In this document: positions 10,102-20,441 of the stretch, one piece after another | Layout of the letters: each line of letters opens with the position of its first letter | Position numbering within the stretch: position 1 is the stretch's first letter | From: an uncultured delta proteobacterium | Lineage (GTDB): Bacteria; Desulfobacterota; BSN033; UBA1163 | Length of the DNA: 64,000 nt | Assembly (NCBI GenBank): GCA_963708295.1 | Contig: CAVPSJ010000004.1 | Location: 32,001-96,000, forward strand | Direction of reading: 5' to 3' | Position numbers and translations under genes: made by a program | The notes under the pieces: generated by a model | What the model saw: the letters and a program-made list of their open reading frames with translations, nothing else | Databases searched by the model: none | Told to the model about the DNA's origin: nothing

Positions 10102-10818
10102 TCACCTCCTTACTGTCGGGCCCTTTTTTTCCTTTTCGTTTAAGATCTCAATCACCATGCCCACTCCTCCGGCAAGAAGAGCAGCCAAAAAGATGTACCA
10201 GTTGCCCTGCAACGCCCATTTGAAGAAAAGAGAGGAAACTCCCGCAACGACCATGATCCCGAAATGACGAACGCTCTTGAGTTGAAACACCAGAAGGCAG
10301 ATGAAGAGGGACGGAAGGGCAAAAGCAAGACCATATTGCGAAATTTTGATGAAAGGACCAAATAGAGCGCCCCCGATAGATCCGATCACCCAGGCGAGAT
10401 GAGAAGTGATTTGGAGCCCGAAGAGGTAAAATGGATTATTTCTCACCTTGGGGAGATTGGAAATGGCCACAGCAAAGGACTCATCTGTCAATTGTGCTGA
10501 AAGGAAGCCCAGGAGAGAAAGACGAGTGTTCTTAAAATAAAGGGAGAGGTTAGAACTCATGAGAAGATGTCTTAAGTTTACAAAAAAGGTAGCCCATACG
10601 ATGGGAAGCCAGGTCATCCCCTTGAAAATCATTTCGATGGCAAGAAATTGACTTGCTCCAGCGTAGACGAGGAGACTCATCAAGCCGGCTTCGGATGGAG
10701 TCATGCCGGCATTTCGAGCCAATAAGCCAAAAGCCACCCCTACCGGGAGGTATCCTAAAACCACGGGGAGGGCATCTTGCACCCCTTCTCTGAATCGGCC
10801 GTTATTCGTCATGAACAA
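10102..10818 (-). CDS. azlC: AzlC family branched-chain amino acid exporter
   Basis: YAGASQF, VNLRHLLMS, LTDESFAV. Confidence 0.92.
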   Translation of the reverse strand: MFMTNNGRFREGVQDALPVVLGYLPVGVAFGLLARNAGMTPSEAGLMSLLVYAGASQFLAIEMIFKGMTWLPIVWATFFVNLRHLLMSSNLSLYFKNTRLSLLGFLSAQLTDESFAVAISNLPKVRNNPFYLFGLQITSHLAWVIGSIGGALFGPFIKISQYGLAFALPSLFICLLVFQLKSVRHFGIMVVAGVSSLFFKWALQGNWYIFLAALLAGGVGMVIEILNEKEKKGPTVRR

Positions 10819-10836
10819 ACCCTGATTCCTTACGAA

Positions 10837-12141
10837 TCAACCTGATGGCTTCGGGGGATTAAAGTTCTCTCTGGTCCGGTTGAAATAGCCAAATTGGAGG
10901 GAAGGAAATTCCTTTTTGAGAACATCGACCATCTTAGCGATACCCATTCCTTCGCCTCTTCCCATGGTCTTGAGATAGAGGTCTGGATCAATATTGAGGT
11001 TTCGCATTTGGATGAGGTCAAGGTTTGTTTCCCTAATCAGCCCTATCAATCCTTCCACTTCATCCTCTCTGTCTGTGAACCCTGGGAACACAAGGAGATT
11101 AATCGAGGTATAAATCCTTTTTTCTTTCGCCAGGACCAGGGAACCCATCACTTCCTCAAAGGAATACCCCTTCGGTCTGTGATAGCGCTTGTAAAACTTC
11201 ATATGAGGACTGTTGAGCGTGACACGAACGCTGTCGAGCCCCGCTTCGCAAAGCTTTGCCAGCCGTTTTGGAAAACTCCCATTCGTATTGAGGTTGATCG
11301 TTCCCCGGTCCGTTCTTTCTCGAAGGAGAAGGATCGTATCTTCCAAAAGCCTCCATTGGGTCAATGGTTCTCCTTCACAACCCTGACCAAAACTGACAAT
11401 TGCATCCTTCGCTTTATCCAGATGGGAAAAGGCAACGCCTAGAACTTCGCCCACGGTTGGAACAAACCGAATCCTCTCTTGCGAGGCTGGGCAGCATTCC
11501 GAAGGCTGTAAGGAAATACATCCCAAACAATCTGCGTTGCACGAAGGGGAGGTCGGCAACGGGCATTCCCAACGTCGAAAAAAAACATTTTTTGCCGCAA
11601 AACAGTGATATTCCAAAGCACATCTGGAAAGTTGTCGAAGAAGGCGATTTCTCGGATCCTTTCTCAGAAAAATGCGAACCTTTCTTTTTAAAAGGGAGTC
11701 GTTCTGAAAATATTTCGGATCCCAATGAGGATTGCGGTCAATGAATAATCCTGTTGCCCAAAATTTTCCGTCCATCCAGCCCACCGCACTATAAGCCCAG
11801 AGCGGAAGCGTGGGCGCTTTTGGTTTCAGTTGGGTGGCAGGGAGGAGGGTCCGGATATATCCGGGCGGGAGGAAAGCCGCCACCGCTGTACACGCGACTT
11901 CTTCCTCCCCCAATCTGACTTTTCTCGAAGAGACAAAAGATCTTTTCTCTTCATCCCACCCGATTGGAATTCTTCCGGGTAAGGTAAAGAGTTGACTCCC
12001 TTGAGGCAGAGGGACTAATTCGGATCGAGGGGGTAGGAGAAACCGATTTCCGGATCGACCTGAAAGCTTGAGAGACGGATGATCAAAGATATTCCCTTCA
12101 GGGTCTGATAAGATGAGCCTGGGGTATTCAAAATCGGCCAT
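10837..12141 (-). CDS. radical SAM protein of unknown function
   Basis: CNADCLGC (CxxxCxxC), SFGQGCEGEP, NLNTNGS, IQMRNLNIDPD. Confidence 0.9.
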   Translation of the reverse strand: MADFEYPRLILSDPEGNIFDHPSLKLSGRSGNRFLLPPRSELVPLPQGSQLFTLPGRIPIGWDEEKRSFVSSRKVRLGEEEVACTAVAAFLPPGYIRTLLPATQLKPKAPTLPLWAYSAVGWMDGKFWATGLFIDRNPHWDPKYFQNDSLLKRKVRIFLRKDPRNRLLRQLSRCALEYHCFAAKNVFFRRWECPLPTSPSCNADCLGCISLQPSECCPASQERIRFVPTVGEVLGVAFSHLDKAKDAIVSFGQGCEGEPLTQWRLLEDTILLLRERTDRGTINLNTNGSFPKRLAKLCEAGLDSVRVTLNSPHMKFYKRYHRPKGYSFEEVMGSLVLAKEKRIYTSINLLVFPGFTDREDEVEGLIGLIRETNLDLIQMRNLNIDPDLYLKTMGRGEGMGIAKMVDVLKKEFPSLQFGYFNRTRENFNPPKPSG

Positions 12142-12461
12142 CGTGGGTTTGCTGCAAACGAAATTTGAAAATTCGTGAGTGATGGTCACGAACCACGGCT
12201 GTGCGCCCTGCTTTCATCCCGCAAGGCGGGGCTTCGCGCAGGCAGGCAAGGCGCCACAGCGTGCACGCACGGACACGAGTCACGTTACTATTTTGGTCAG
12301 GTTGGATATTTTCTTTCTCCTTTAGACTTACTCAAGGAATGCTTAACATTTTTCCGTTTCAAAGCTGCCTTCAAACGATTGGTTTTCTTCCGTCTCTTCA
12401 TGTTCTCCTCCACCCGTGCCCTCACCCTCCCTCTCCCACAACGGGAAAGGGGGCGGGGGAA

Positions 12462-12862
12462 TTATTTGACCAGCCAGATTCCCGAGACAATCAGTGCCGT
12501 GTCGACCACTCTGGGAAGGGTAACCCCTTCCTTGAGAACCAGAACGCTTAGAAGGGCGGTGACCAGAGGGTAGCAGGCTGCGATAGGAACAATGTTGGAG
12601 GTGCCTCCATTTTCAAGGCGCCATAATAAGTCGACATGCCAAGAAAGCCGGCCATCACGCCGCTTGCGCCGAAGAGTAAAATACTCCTCCCGTCTGATTC
12701 AATCAAGGCCTCTCCTTTTCCCGACAGAAAGGTGACCAAAAGAAGGCCCATCATAACGACCGCGCTCCGAATGGTAACGCCGATCAACGGGTCTACTTTT
12801 GCCAAATCTATTTTTCCAAAAATAGGGGTCGCCCCCCATAGCAACGTTGTGACGATCAACAA
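12462..12862 (-). CDS. EamA family transporter, frameshift near 12600
   Basis: LWGATPIFGK N-part; continues in another frame as IVPIAACYPLVTALLSVLVLKEGVT...GIWLVK*. Confidence 0.75.
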
Positions 12863-12878
12863 AAAGACGACCAGATTC

Positions 12879-13748
12879 TTATCCCCCCGATTGAGGCCGA
12901 TTTCGAAGAGCCTTAATATCTTCTACGATGGAGTATGGAAGTTTCATTTCTCCCCTCCCTACCCCGATATCCAACTCGTTTTTTTCGATTCCATGATAAT
13001 CCGTCCCCCCTGTCGCCAGGAGCTTGTATCGGTCGGCAAGGGTTTTATACTGGACCACTTCCGTCGAAGAATGCTCGGGATAGTAGACCTCAATCCCCTG
13101 AAGTCCCTCGTCGACGAGTTGAGCGATGACTTTCTCCAATTCGGAGGACCTGCCCACTCCGAGAGTATTGGGATGGGCGAGGACCGCCACCCCTCGAGCT
13201 TCACGAATGAAATGCAGAGCCTCTTTCGATGTAAACCTGAATTTGTCCACATAAGCTGGGGCCCCCTTTTTCAGAAAGCGATCAAAAGCTTCTTGGAAGC
13301 TCTTGATAACCTTCTTTTCCAAAAGCACATTGGCAAAATGAGGTCGCCCAACCTGTCCCCCTCCAGAAGCTTTCAGCACCTCTTCGTAAGTAATCCTGAT
13401 TCCTAACTGATTTAGTTTCGCAACCATCTTCGGATTTCTCTCCGCCCTCGCCTTTTGAAGATACTCCAATCTCTCGTTGAGGAGAGGATGATGTATATCA
13501 AGACAAAAACCAAGGATATGCATGGAACCGGGTGAATATTCAGCGCTAATTTCGATTCCTGGGATCACTTCGAAACCGATTCGCCCTCCTTCTAATAACC
13601 CTTCCTCACATCCGTCAATAGTATCATGGTCCGTGATGGCAATGGCCTGAAGCCCTTTCGCTTTCGCATATCTCACGATCTCAGCCGGGCCCAGCACTCC
13701 GTCGGATGCTGTTGTATGAAGGTGCAAATCCACGTATCCCATAATCAT
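12879..13748 (-). CDS. PHP domain phosphoesterase (YciV/TrpH-like)
   Basis: DLHLHTTASDG, AITDHDT, GRPHFA, LAHP, GGTDYHG. Confidence 0.93.
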   Translation of the reverse strand: MIMGYVDLHLHTTASDGVLGPAEIVRYAKAKGLQAIAITDHDTIDGCEEGLLEGGRIGFEVIPGIEISAEYSPGSMHILGFCLDIHHPLLNERLEYLQKARAERNPKMVAKLNQLGIRITYEEVLKASGGGQVGRPHFANVLLEKKVIKSFQEAFDRFLKKGAPAYVDKFRFTSKEALHFIREARGVAVLAHPNTLGVGRSSELEKVIAQLVDEGLQGIEVYYPEHSSTEVVQYKTLADRYKLLATGGTDYHGIEKNELDIGVGRGEMKLPYSIVEDIKALRNRPQSGG

Positions 13749-14110
13749 CCTTTCAATGCTCTGTAAAGAAAGGGAAAAAGAGGAATGATCTACATCTAAA
13801 TTTTATAAGAGATGCTCCCCCCAAAGTCAACCCTTCCATGTACTGCCCTATAGAGCGAAACTTGATCAGGGTTGCCCTTAAGCGGCACCTCCTTGTTCCC
13901 CCTTTGTAGTGAAGGCGGACGCCGCGGAATAGCCAGAATCAAAAGGTTTTACTCCTGTTTTCTTACATTGCCCGGTCTTATGAATCACTCTTAATGAACT
14001 TACTTTTCTTCACGTAAGGGCTTAGAATTAATCCTATATGAATACAGGTGTATTTAGGTATTTATTTATAACTATGCGAAATAAAACTACAATTTAATGA
14101 AAAATAATGC

Positions 14111-14139
14111 TTGACAAAGCCTGATCGTTTTAATATATT
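14111..14139 (+). promoter_or_regulatory. sigma-70 promoter of sigma factor gene
   Basis: TTGACA(14111)-N17-TATATT(14134) with AT-rich upstream region. Confidence 0.7.
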
Positions 14140-14223
14140 AGTATAAGAGATACGAAAAATAAAGCAAGTTGGGGGTCCATTCGGCAGCCAGGGTCTTTGG
14201 GTAAAACAAGAATGAATAAATTC

Positions 14224-14259
14224 ACCCTTTCCATGGACAAAGAATGGAGAGGGTTTTTT
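14224..14259 (+). terminator. intrinsic terminator-like hairpin in the 5' leader (attenuator)
   Basis: ACCCTTTCCAT/ATGGAGAGGGT 11-bp stem, 9-nt loop, T-run, 27 nt before the GTG start. Confidence 0.6.
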
Positions 14260-14286
14260 GTTAAGATAAGAAAGGGGTAAACGTCT

Positions 14287-15591
14287 GTGAAAAATAATAA
14301 GGCAATAAACAAAAGCAGGGAGGATTTAGTCCTTGAGCCTATTCGATCGTCACCTCTTTTTACTGAACCCCCAACCTCTATTCCACCCATTCAATCCACG
14401 CCCTACATAGAGGCTGAAGTAGAAGGAGCCGCAGAGGATTTTGATCTCCAAGCAGACGAGGCGGAATTAGCGGCTGAGGAAGAGGAAGAAATTGCACCTG
14501 AGCCGGTTGCCCAGGAAGAGACCATCTTTCAACCTCAGGATATCACATGGGAATACTTAAAAGGTCTCGAGAAAATATCTCTTCTTACGCCGGAGAAAGA
14601 AGTCGAACTGGCAAAGAGGATCAAGGAGGGCGAGCGTCAGGTCAAGATTCTGGAGGCGAAGGCTAGTCGACTAAAAGCCCAGCTATACCCCCTTCCGATC
14701 CCAAGAAATGGAAGTAAACGGGCTCAACCCCATACCCGGCAAGGATATAAATTGAGGGGAAAGAACGGAAAGAATGGAAAAAAAATAAAACCTAATCCTT
14801 CTGAGATGAGAGAGAAGCAACTTACTTACAAGAAGATGCTGAATCAATATCAACGGGCAGTTCTCGATCTTCAGCAGGCAAAGAATGAATTGATCCAGGC
14901 CAATCTCCGCCTGGTCGTCAGCATCGCAAAACGCTATGCGAATCGGGGGCTCTCGTTTCTGGATTTGATCCAGGAGGGAAACCTTGGTTTGATCCAGGCT
15001 ATGGTCAAGTTCGATTATACGAAGGGCTTCAAGTTCAGCACTTATGCTTCCTGGTGGATCAGGGCGGCTATTTTGCGGGCTTTTGCGGAGAAATCGAGAA
15101 CGATCCGAATTCCCAACTATCTTTTTGAGATCAAAGGAAAGTTGATGAAATCTTTTAAAGATCTCGTCAAAAAACTGGGGCGCGAACCCACTTCCCAGGA
15201 ATTATCAAAGGATAGCGGAATTCCCTTGCACGATGTCGAGAAGATTCTGAATCTGATCGAAGAACCGATCTCCCTCGATATGTCTATTGGGGAAGAGGAT
15301 AGTACACTGGAAGACCTGATCCCCGATGAAAAGAGCCTCTCGCCCAGTGACTCTCTGTTGGAAAAGGATTTGACTCATCAAATCCAGAAGCTTCTATCCG
15401 GCCTTTCTCCGAGAGAAGAGAAGATTCTCCGACTCCGTTTCGGCATCGGAGAGGATGGGGAATGTACCCTTGAAGAAATCGGTAGGCAGTTTGGCCTCAG
15501 TCGAGAGAGAATTCGACAGATCGAAGCCAAAGCACTCGATCGTTTGAGGGATCCCAAACGCTATAAGGAAATCAAGGAATATTTCGAGTGA
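14287..15591 (+). CDS. RNA polymerase sigma factor, RpoD/SigA family (probably not the primary sigma)
   Basis: ANLRLVVSIAKRY, DLIQEGN, FSTYASWWIR, TLEEIGRQFGLSRERIRQIE; no typical region 1.1, not next to dnaG. Confidence 0.92.
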   Translation: MKNNKAINKSREDLVLEPIRSSPLFTEPPTSIPPIQSTPYIEAEVEGAAEDFDLQADEAELAAEEEEEIAPEPVAQEETIFQPQDITWEYLKGLEKISLLTPEKEVELAKRIKEGERQVKILEAKASRLKAQLYPLPIPRNGSKRAQPHTRQGYKLRGKNGKNGKKIKPNPSEMREKQLTYKKMLNQYQRAVLDLQQAKNELIQANLRLVVSIAKRYANRGLSFLDLIQEGNLGLIQAMVKFDYTKGFKFSTYASWWIRAAILRAFAEKSRTIRIPNYLFEIKGKLMKSFKDLVKKLGREPTSQELSKDSGIPLHDVEKILNLIEEPISLDMSIGEEDSTLEDLIPDEKSLSPSDSLLEKDLTHQIQKLLSGLSPREEKILRLRFGIGEDGECTLEEIGRQFGLSRERIRQIEAKALDRLRDPKRYKEIKEYFE

Positions 15592-15612
15592 TTCTTTGAA
15601 TAGGATACAAAG

Positions 15613-15649
15613 AAAGGGCGCTTCTTGTTTGACAGAAGCGCCCTTTTTT
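15613..15649. terminator. bidirectional intrinsic terminator
   Basis: AAAGGGCGCTTCT...AGAAGCGCCCTTTTTT between convergent genes. Confidence 0.85.
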
Positions 15650-15667
15650 GTTCGTGTTTCCGGAGAT

Positions 15668-15856
15668 TCATTCCTCTATCTGGATGGCTTCTACCGGACA
15701 ATTTTCAGCAGCCTCTTTACATGTCTCCAGGGCGCTCTCAGGTACCTCGCTCACCTTCACCTGAGCCTTATCATCATTCATTTCAAAAACTTCCGGACAA
15801 GTTTCTGCACAAAGTCCACACCCAATACAGGTTTCTTCATCTACCGTTGCTCTCAT
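15668..15856 (-). CDS. monocluster ferredoxin
   Basis: CIGCGLC...CP...CPVEAI; AAGGAG RBS. Confidence 0.93.
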   Translation of the reverse strand: MRATVDEETCIGCGLCAETCPEVFEMNDDKAQVKVSEVPESALETCKEAAENCPVEAIQIEE

Positions 15857-16144
15857 GAACACTTCTCCTTTCCTTTTCTTCCTTCACTCTATTATTCATA
15901 ATCACTTTCTTGAAATCAAGTCATTTTTCTAAATTTATCGTAGAGATATCCAAAAAGCAAGATCATTCCCATCCATTTGACGATAGGGACAATCACCTTT
16001 GCCCAACTGATGCGGCGGCTGCTTTTTCGTAAGTGGCTCCAAATCCGCCGCCGAAAGACGGGAATCGCTCGGGAGAGAAAGGCATTATTTACAGTGTCAC
16101 CCGCCCAAGAAGTTGGTACGATTCAACAGTATAAAGGGGAATTT

Positions 16145-16438
16145 ATGAAAACGGAAATCAGCCTCCTTGACCTGGATGATGAAGAGATGGACGGAAATAT
16201 CTCGGTCATCCTTTACGGGAGAACCTCTGATCATAAGAGGGTAGTCGTGGTAGATCCGACTTACGAGCCTTATTTTTACGTCCTTCCCAAGAATCCGAAC
16301 CAGGCCAGAAAAGAAGTTGCGGCTACCCTTAAAAAGAGCAACATGAAGGTCAAAAGGATTGAAGGGGTAAAGAAAATACTTCTCGGGGAGGAGAGAGAAC
16401 AAACCTCTTCCCGGGAAAACCCCGCGCAACTACAGTGA
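16145..16438 (+). pseudogene. truncated N-terminal fragment of a B-family DNA polymerase
   Basis: LLDLD...VILYGRT...VVVVDPTYEPYFYVLP resembles the archaeal-type PolB N-terminus; ends after ~95 aa. Confidence 0.6.
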
Positions 16439-16477
16439 CATCAGCGTACGCAATATCATAGAGACAACCAACCACTA

Positions 16478-16546
16478 AATCCCGTCCCCCCTTTACAAAA
16501 GGGAGCAATTACCCCCTCTTTGGCAAAGAGGGGCGAGGGGAGATTT
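16478..16546. repeat. REP-like palindromic element (AATCCC..CCCCTTT..AAAGGGG..GATT family)
   Basis: CCCCTCTTTGGCAAAGAGGGG hairpin; related copies at 34820-34866 and 37080-37133. Confidence 0.7.
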
Positions 16547-16612
16547 CCTGAAACATATGTCTTCTTTATTTATGGACTCCCCGGTAGTCTCAGAACGAAA
16601 TATCCCCTGGAG

Positions 16613-16975
16613 CTAAGGCACCTTCATATCGAATTGATGACATTCGTTACAGAAATTCGCAGAGGCCTTGTGAGCGTGGTGACACTTTCCGCAATCAACC
16701 TCCCCCAAATGCGAGTCATGAGGATTCGGGTCGAGTTTATTTGTTTTATCCGCCACCTTCGGGTAATCTCCATGACACCCCAGGCAGACCGCCCTAGGAA
16801 CATCTTGCTTCGGCGGGCTTTCCATGTGGCAGCCTGAACAGTCCGTTCCCCTGTTCTTGTGTTTTTCTGCCAGGAAAAGGCCCTCGGCGGCCGAGGTCGG
16901 ACAGGAAGGCGAGAAGACGGAAGCCCCCGAGAACCATAAGAAAGCCATCGAATACATCAAAGTCCTCAATTTCAT
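16613..16975 (-). CDS. small tetraheme cytochrome c (flavocytochrome c heme subunit)
   Basis: signal peptide; CSGCH, CLGCH, CGKCH, CNECH; NPHDSHLG. Confidence 0.93.
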   Translation of the reverse strand: MKLRTLMYSMAFLWFSGASVFSPSCPTSAAEGLFLAEKHKNRGTDCSGCHMESPPKQDVPRAVCLGCHGDYPKVADKTNKLDPNPHDSHLGEVDCGKCHHAHKASANFCNECHQFDMKVP

Positions 16976-17157
16976 TTGAATTTCAATGTGACAAAAAAAC
17001 CGCCATGACTCGGCGGGACGCTGGAGAAAACCTTCGCTTTAAGAGTACTTCAACCGGCAAATCCGGAATCTTACCCGGCTGTTGGCCGGGCGCCTCTGAA
17101 GAGAAGGCGGGCTGGGGTAACCAGCCCGCCCGTACTCCATCTCATCCAGGAGCGATG

Positions 17158-18828
17158 TCACGCTAATGGTTTTTCCGCGGCGGCATTTTTGCCCGCAATG
17201 CGGCCGAAGACAACGCATGTGGTCCAGCCGCAGCCCCCGTCTCGTTCCCATCCCTGGAGGTTTCCGATCATCTCGCCCGCGGAGTAAAGCCGCGGGATGA
17301 CCTGATCATGCCGATCCAGGACCTGCGAGTTGACGTTGATGCGCACCCCGCCGAGACTGGCATGCCGGTAATAAGTCTTGGGCATGGCATAGAAAGGCCC
17401 TGCCTCGATCCTCTGTTTCAAAAATCTCTTGAACTGGCCGAAATCCGCGTCATAGCCCTGGTCCACAAACTTGTTGTAGCGATCCACGGCGGCAACGAGG
17501 TTCGCGGCAGGGGTCTTAATGATTTCCGCAAGCTGCGGCAGGGTGTCCGCTGCGATGGCGCTTTTGGTCTCGAGGGCGCCCTTGAGATGAACCTTGTTGG
17601 CGGCGGTGGAATCGCAGATGCCCCACCATTGGTAGATCCCCTTCTCATGCAAAATGGTGAGCCGGGCTTGGCGGTAGACGCTCTGGTCGCCGCCTTCCAT
17701 CCAGAAGCGATTGCCCACGTTGTCGACGTCGATGTAGGTTCCGTCCTTGTCCGCGATGAGCGCGGACCCGGGACCGCTGAAGGCGATCGCCGATCCCTGC
17801 ATCCGGAGCTGCTGCATATTCAGGAGCGCGGCATCGGCACCGGCGTCCATAGCGGCCAGAAGAACCTCTCCGGTACATCCGGCCCCGGGCTTGCCGGTCG
17901 CCTGGCAGGAGGCCCGAACTGCCGGGTTCAAACGGGGGTCGTAGCGGTTACACAGCTTGCCATTGGCGGTAAAACCGCCCGCGGCGAGGACCACGGCCCG
18001 TTTGGCGCGGACGAAGATCTCTTTGTTCGCCGCGATGTCCTTGACCCTTACGCCGAGCACATCCCCCGATAGGCTGCCCTTCCGGATGATCTCCAACACT
18101 TCCATCTGGTTCAGGATCTCTGCCCCGCGTTTCTTGGCATGATCAGACAGACACATGATCCCTGCCTCTCCATTGAGGTAGTCCAGGTATTTTCCCCCGG
18201 TGTGCTGTCTGCCCTTGGTGTAAACTCCCTGCCACGCGCCGTCGACGAAGGGGGTGTTCCAAAGCATGTTCATACGCATCGATTGGGGACTCTCAGGCAT
18301 TGGATTGGGACCAAGGCTGTGGTAAACCGCGATGCCGTTATGTGTGAATCCGAGGTTAGTCAGCCAATTGTATGCATCGAATGACTGCTCGACGAAGATG
18401 CGCACAAGCGCCGCATCGTTCAGGTACCCGCCCAGCAATAACTTTTCCCTGATGAAAAGATCCGTGGAATCGTTGCCATACCAATAGGGATCCTTCTCTG
18501 CGCCCTTCCGCTGCTCGGGCGAGTTGAGCGTACCGTAGTTTCCAAAGCTCATTCTGGAGGTGCCGCCGATGGCTGGCAATTTTTCGAGAACGATCACCTT
18601 CGCTTTGCTGCCTGCGGCCTCAACGGCTGCCGACAATCCTGACGCTCCCGATCCGACAATGACCACATCGGTTTCCCGGTCCCATTTCTTCCTTCCAGAT
18701 CCGGGGGTAGTCTTTGATTCCACCGTCCTGCCCAGCATGGCCACGCCTGCAAGAGCTCCCCCGGCGACGGTGGCGCCCTTCATGAAGCCTCTCCGTGTAA
18801 TTCCTTTTTGACCCCTTGTCTGTCTCAT
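17158..18828 (-). CDS. Tat-exported flavocytochrome c flavin subunit (fumarate reductase superfamily)
   Basis: TRRGFMK Tat motif; DVVIVGSGASG, VVLAAGGF, LGGVRIN, LYSAGE. Confidence 0.92.
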   Translation of the reverse strand: MRQTRGQKGITRRGFMKGATVAGGALAGVAMLGRTVESKTTPGSGRKKWDRETDVVIVGSGASGLSAAVEAAGSKAKVIVLEKLPAIGGTSRMSFGNYGTLNSPEQRKGAEKDPYWYGNDSTDLFIREKLLLGGYLNDAALVRIFVEQSFDAYNWLTNLGFTHNGIAVYHSLGPNPMPESPQSMRMNMLWNTPFVDGAWQGVYTKGRQHTGGKYLDYLNGEAGIMCLSDHAKKRGAEILNQMEVLEIIRKGSLSGDVLGVRVKDIAANKEIFVRAKRAVVLAAGGFTANGKLCNRYDPRLNPAVRASCQATGKPGAGCTGEVLLAAMDAGADAALLNMQQLRMQGSAIAFSGPGSALIADKDGTYIDVDNVGNRFWMEGGDQSVYRQARLTILHEKGIYQWWGICDSTAANKVHLKGALETKSAIAADTLPQLAEIIKTPAANLVAAVDRYNKFVDQGYDADFGQFKRFLKQRIEAGPFYAMPKTYYRHASLGGVRINVNSQVLDRHDQVIPRLYSAGEMIGNLQGWERDGGCGWTTCVVFGRIAGKNAAAEKPLA

Positions 18829-19120
18829 GCTTTCCTCCTTTCCATTTCAACGGCTTGTTATGGTTTCCAGGTTTGCGTTCTTCAAGCTCTTATGGGTACC
18901 CTCATCAATTATGTTTGTTTGTAATATACACCTTCTTAAGAAATTAATTAAGGGAAAATTTCAAGGCAGTAAAAGGGGATTGAGAATAGCGACTTATATA
19001 TTCAACGGCGAGATGATCTGGAAGTTGACGATTACCGGAGGAAACAAACAAAAACCGCAGCGCCATTTCTGACACTGCCTTAACCGTTTAAGGGTTGAAT
19101 ATTTGCCTATTCGTTCATTC

Positions 19121-19357
19121 TCAGTCGGTTATTATTGAGAGGATATCAATCCAAAGGATTCTACCTGAAAGATTGTCTATGGCCACCCTCTTGAAAAACA
19201 TGTTCGTGTAATCCACACTGTCGCCTAAGAGCGATTTCCCCCAATTCAGAACGGAGTCTTTCGTTGCCCTCGTTGGGTTCTTTCTTCTTTCCGGGAGAAC
19301 CCCGATGAACTCATATCCTTTTTTCTCGTTGAAAGTGTATAGCTCGTAAGCCAGCAT
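19121..19357 (-). CDS. conserved-looking hypothetical protein
   Basis: MLAYELY...IGVLPERRKNP...WG; preceded by sigma-54-like promoter. Confidence 0.65.
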   Translation of the reverse strand: MLAYELYTFNEKKGYEFIGVLPERRKNPTRATKDSVLNWGKSLLGDSVDYTNMFFKRVAIDNLSGRILWIDILSIITD

Positions 19358-19426
19358 AGGCGAACAGGGGGCTAAAACGGTTATTCCCCGGATTCAGTTC
19401 CAAGATTTCTTCTACATTCTAGTGTG

Positions 19427-19442
19427 TGCATTTTCGATGCCG
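19427..19442 (-). promoter_or_regulatory. sigma-54 (-24/-12) promoter candidate
   Basis: minus strand CGGCAT-CGAAA-ATGCA, GG-N10-GC spacing. Confidence 0.5.
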
Positions 19443-19762
19443 AGTCTCGGCTATCATCATAAGTTCTCATAACCATTCTGTCTTTCCGAAGCCTCAATAT
19501 TTCTAACGAAGCGCAAGAGAGAAAGAGGTTTACACAAAAGTCTCGAATTATTTCCCTAAAAATGTGAAAAAAGGTTCCTGATTTCTATCGGAGATTTGTG
19601 GAGTCTATCAGGAGGTTATGAAAAAGTTGCAAATTGTTTGGACGATTTGCGAAATGGGCGGCACGAAGTCCGTTTCTCTAACCTGCTTGTGAAAAGATTG
19701 CGGCGGATTCACAACTGATACCAACTGCAGAATTCTTTTACCAACAAGGTTCAATATTTAAT

Positions 19763-20346
19763 TTAGCCATTTGTTTGGGGGCAGATGGGATTTCCATTCA
19801 ACAAAACCCCGAGTCTGTTGACTCCATGTGAAAAATCTTTATGCCCTGTTATGCATTCTCCGTAGAATGGCTTAAATTCAAGCACATAGGATTGACCTTC
19901 CTCCATCGTGACATCGAATTTTACAAAAGTGTCTTCTTCCGGAAGACCGAAAAAAATCTTGTGCAAGCCGGCAGAGAGCGTCAGTTTCCTCTCAAGAATA
20001 TACCTTAATCCCTCCCCATGCTCGGGCCTTGTTTTTTCATTCTCATCTTTTTGCCCACCGACTCGCCATGTGGCCGCTTGTCCATCAATATTTATAAGGA
20101 ATGGGTAACTGGGTCCAAGAATGCCACCTCTTGCCCCGGAAGAAATTGTCTTTCAAGTTTCGTTTTAATAGATGTCCTGATGCGCAACTCCGCCATCCCT
20201 GAGGGGATCGGTTCTTTAGGTGACTCGCTAAAAACGTCCCTTCTTTCGCTTCGAGATTTTACTCTTATCTCCTTTGATGCTGCTGTACAACCCAGAAGAA
20301 TAATTCCACATAACACCAATGCTGAATATCTTGCCAAAGTACTCAT
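19763..20346 (-). CDS. putative lipoprotein at end of RND operon, frameshift near 20130
   Basis: lipobox LLGC; continues in the 19763 frame via FLINIDGQAATW...LHKIFFGLPEE. Confidence 0.65.
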
Positions 20347-20441
20347 ATTGATGTTCCTTTCTATAGGACGGGAACTATTATTTCGTGAACGCATAATGCC
20401 GCTATTTCGTATCTCATTTTCTCCTGCCCTCCAGCGTAGTT

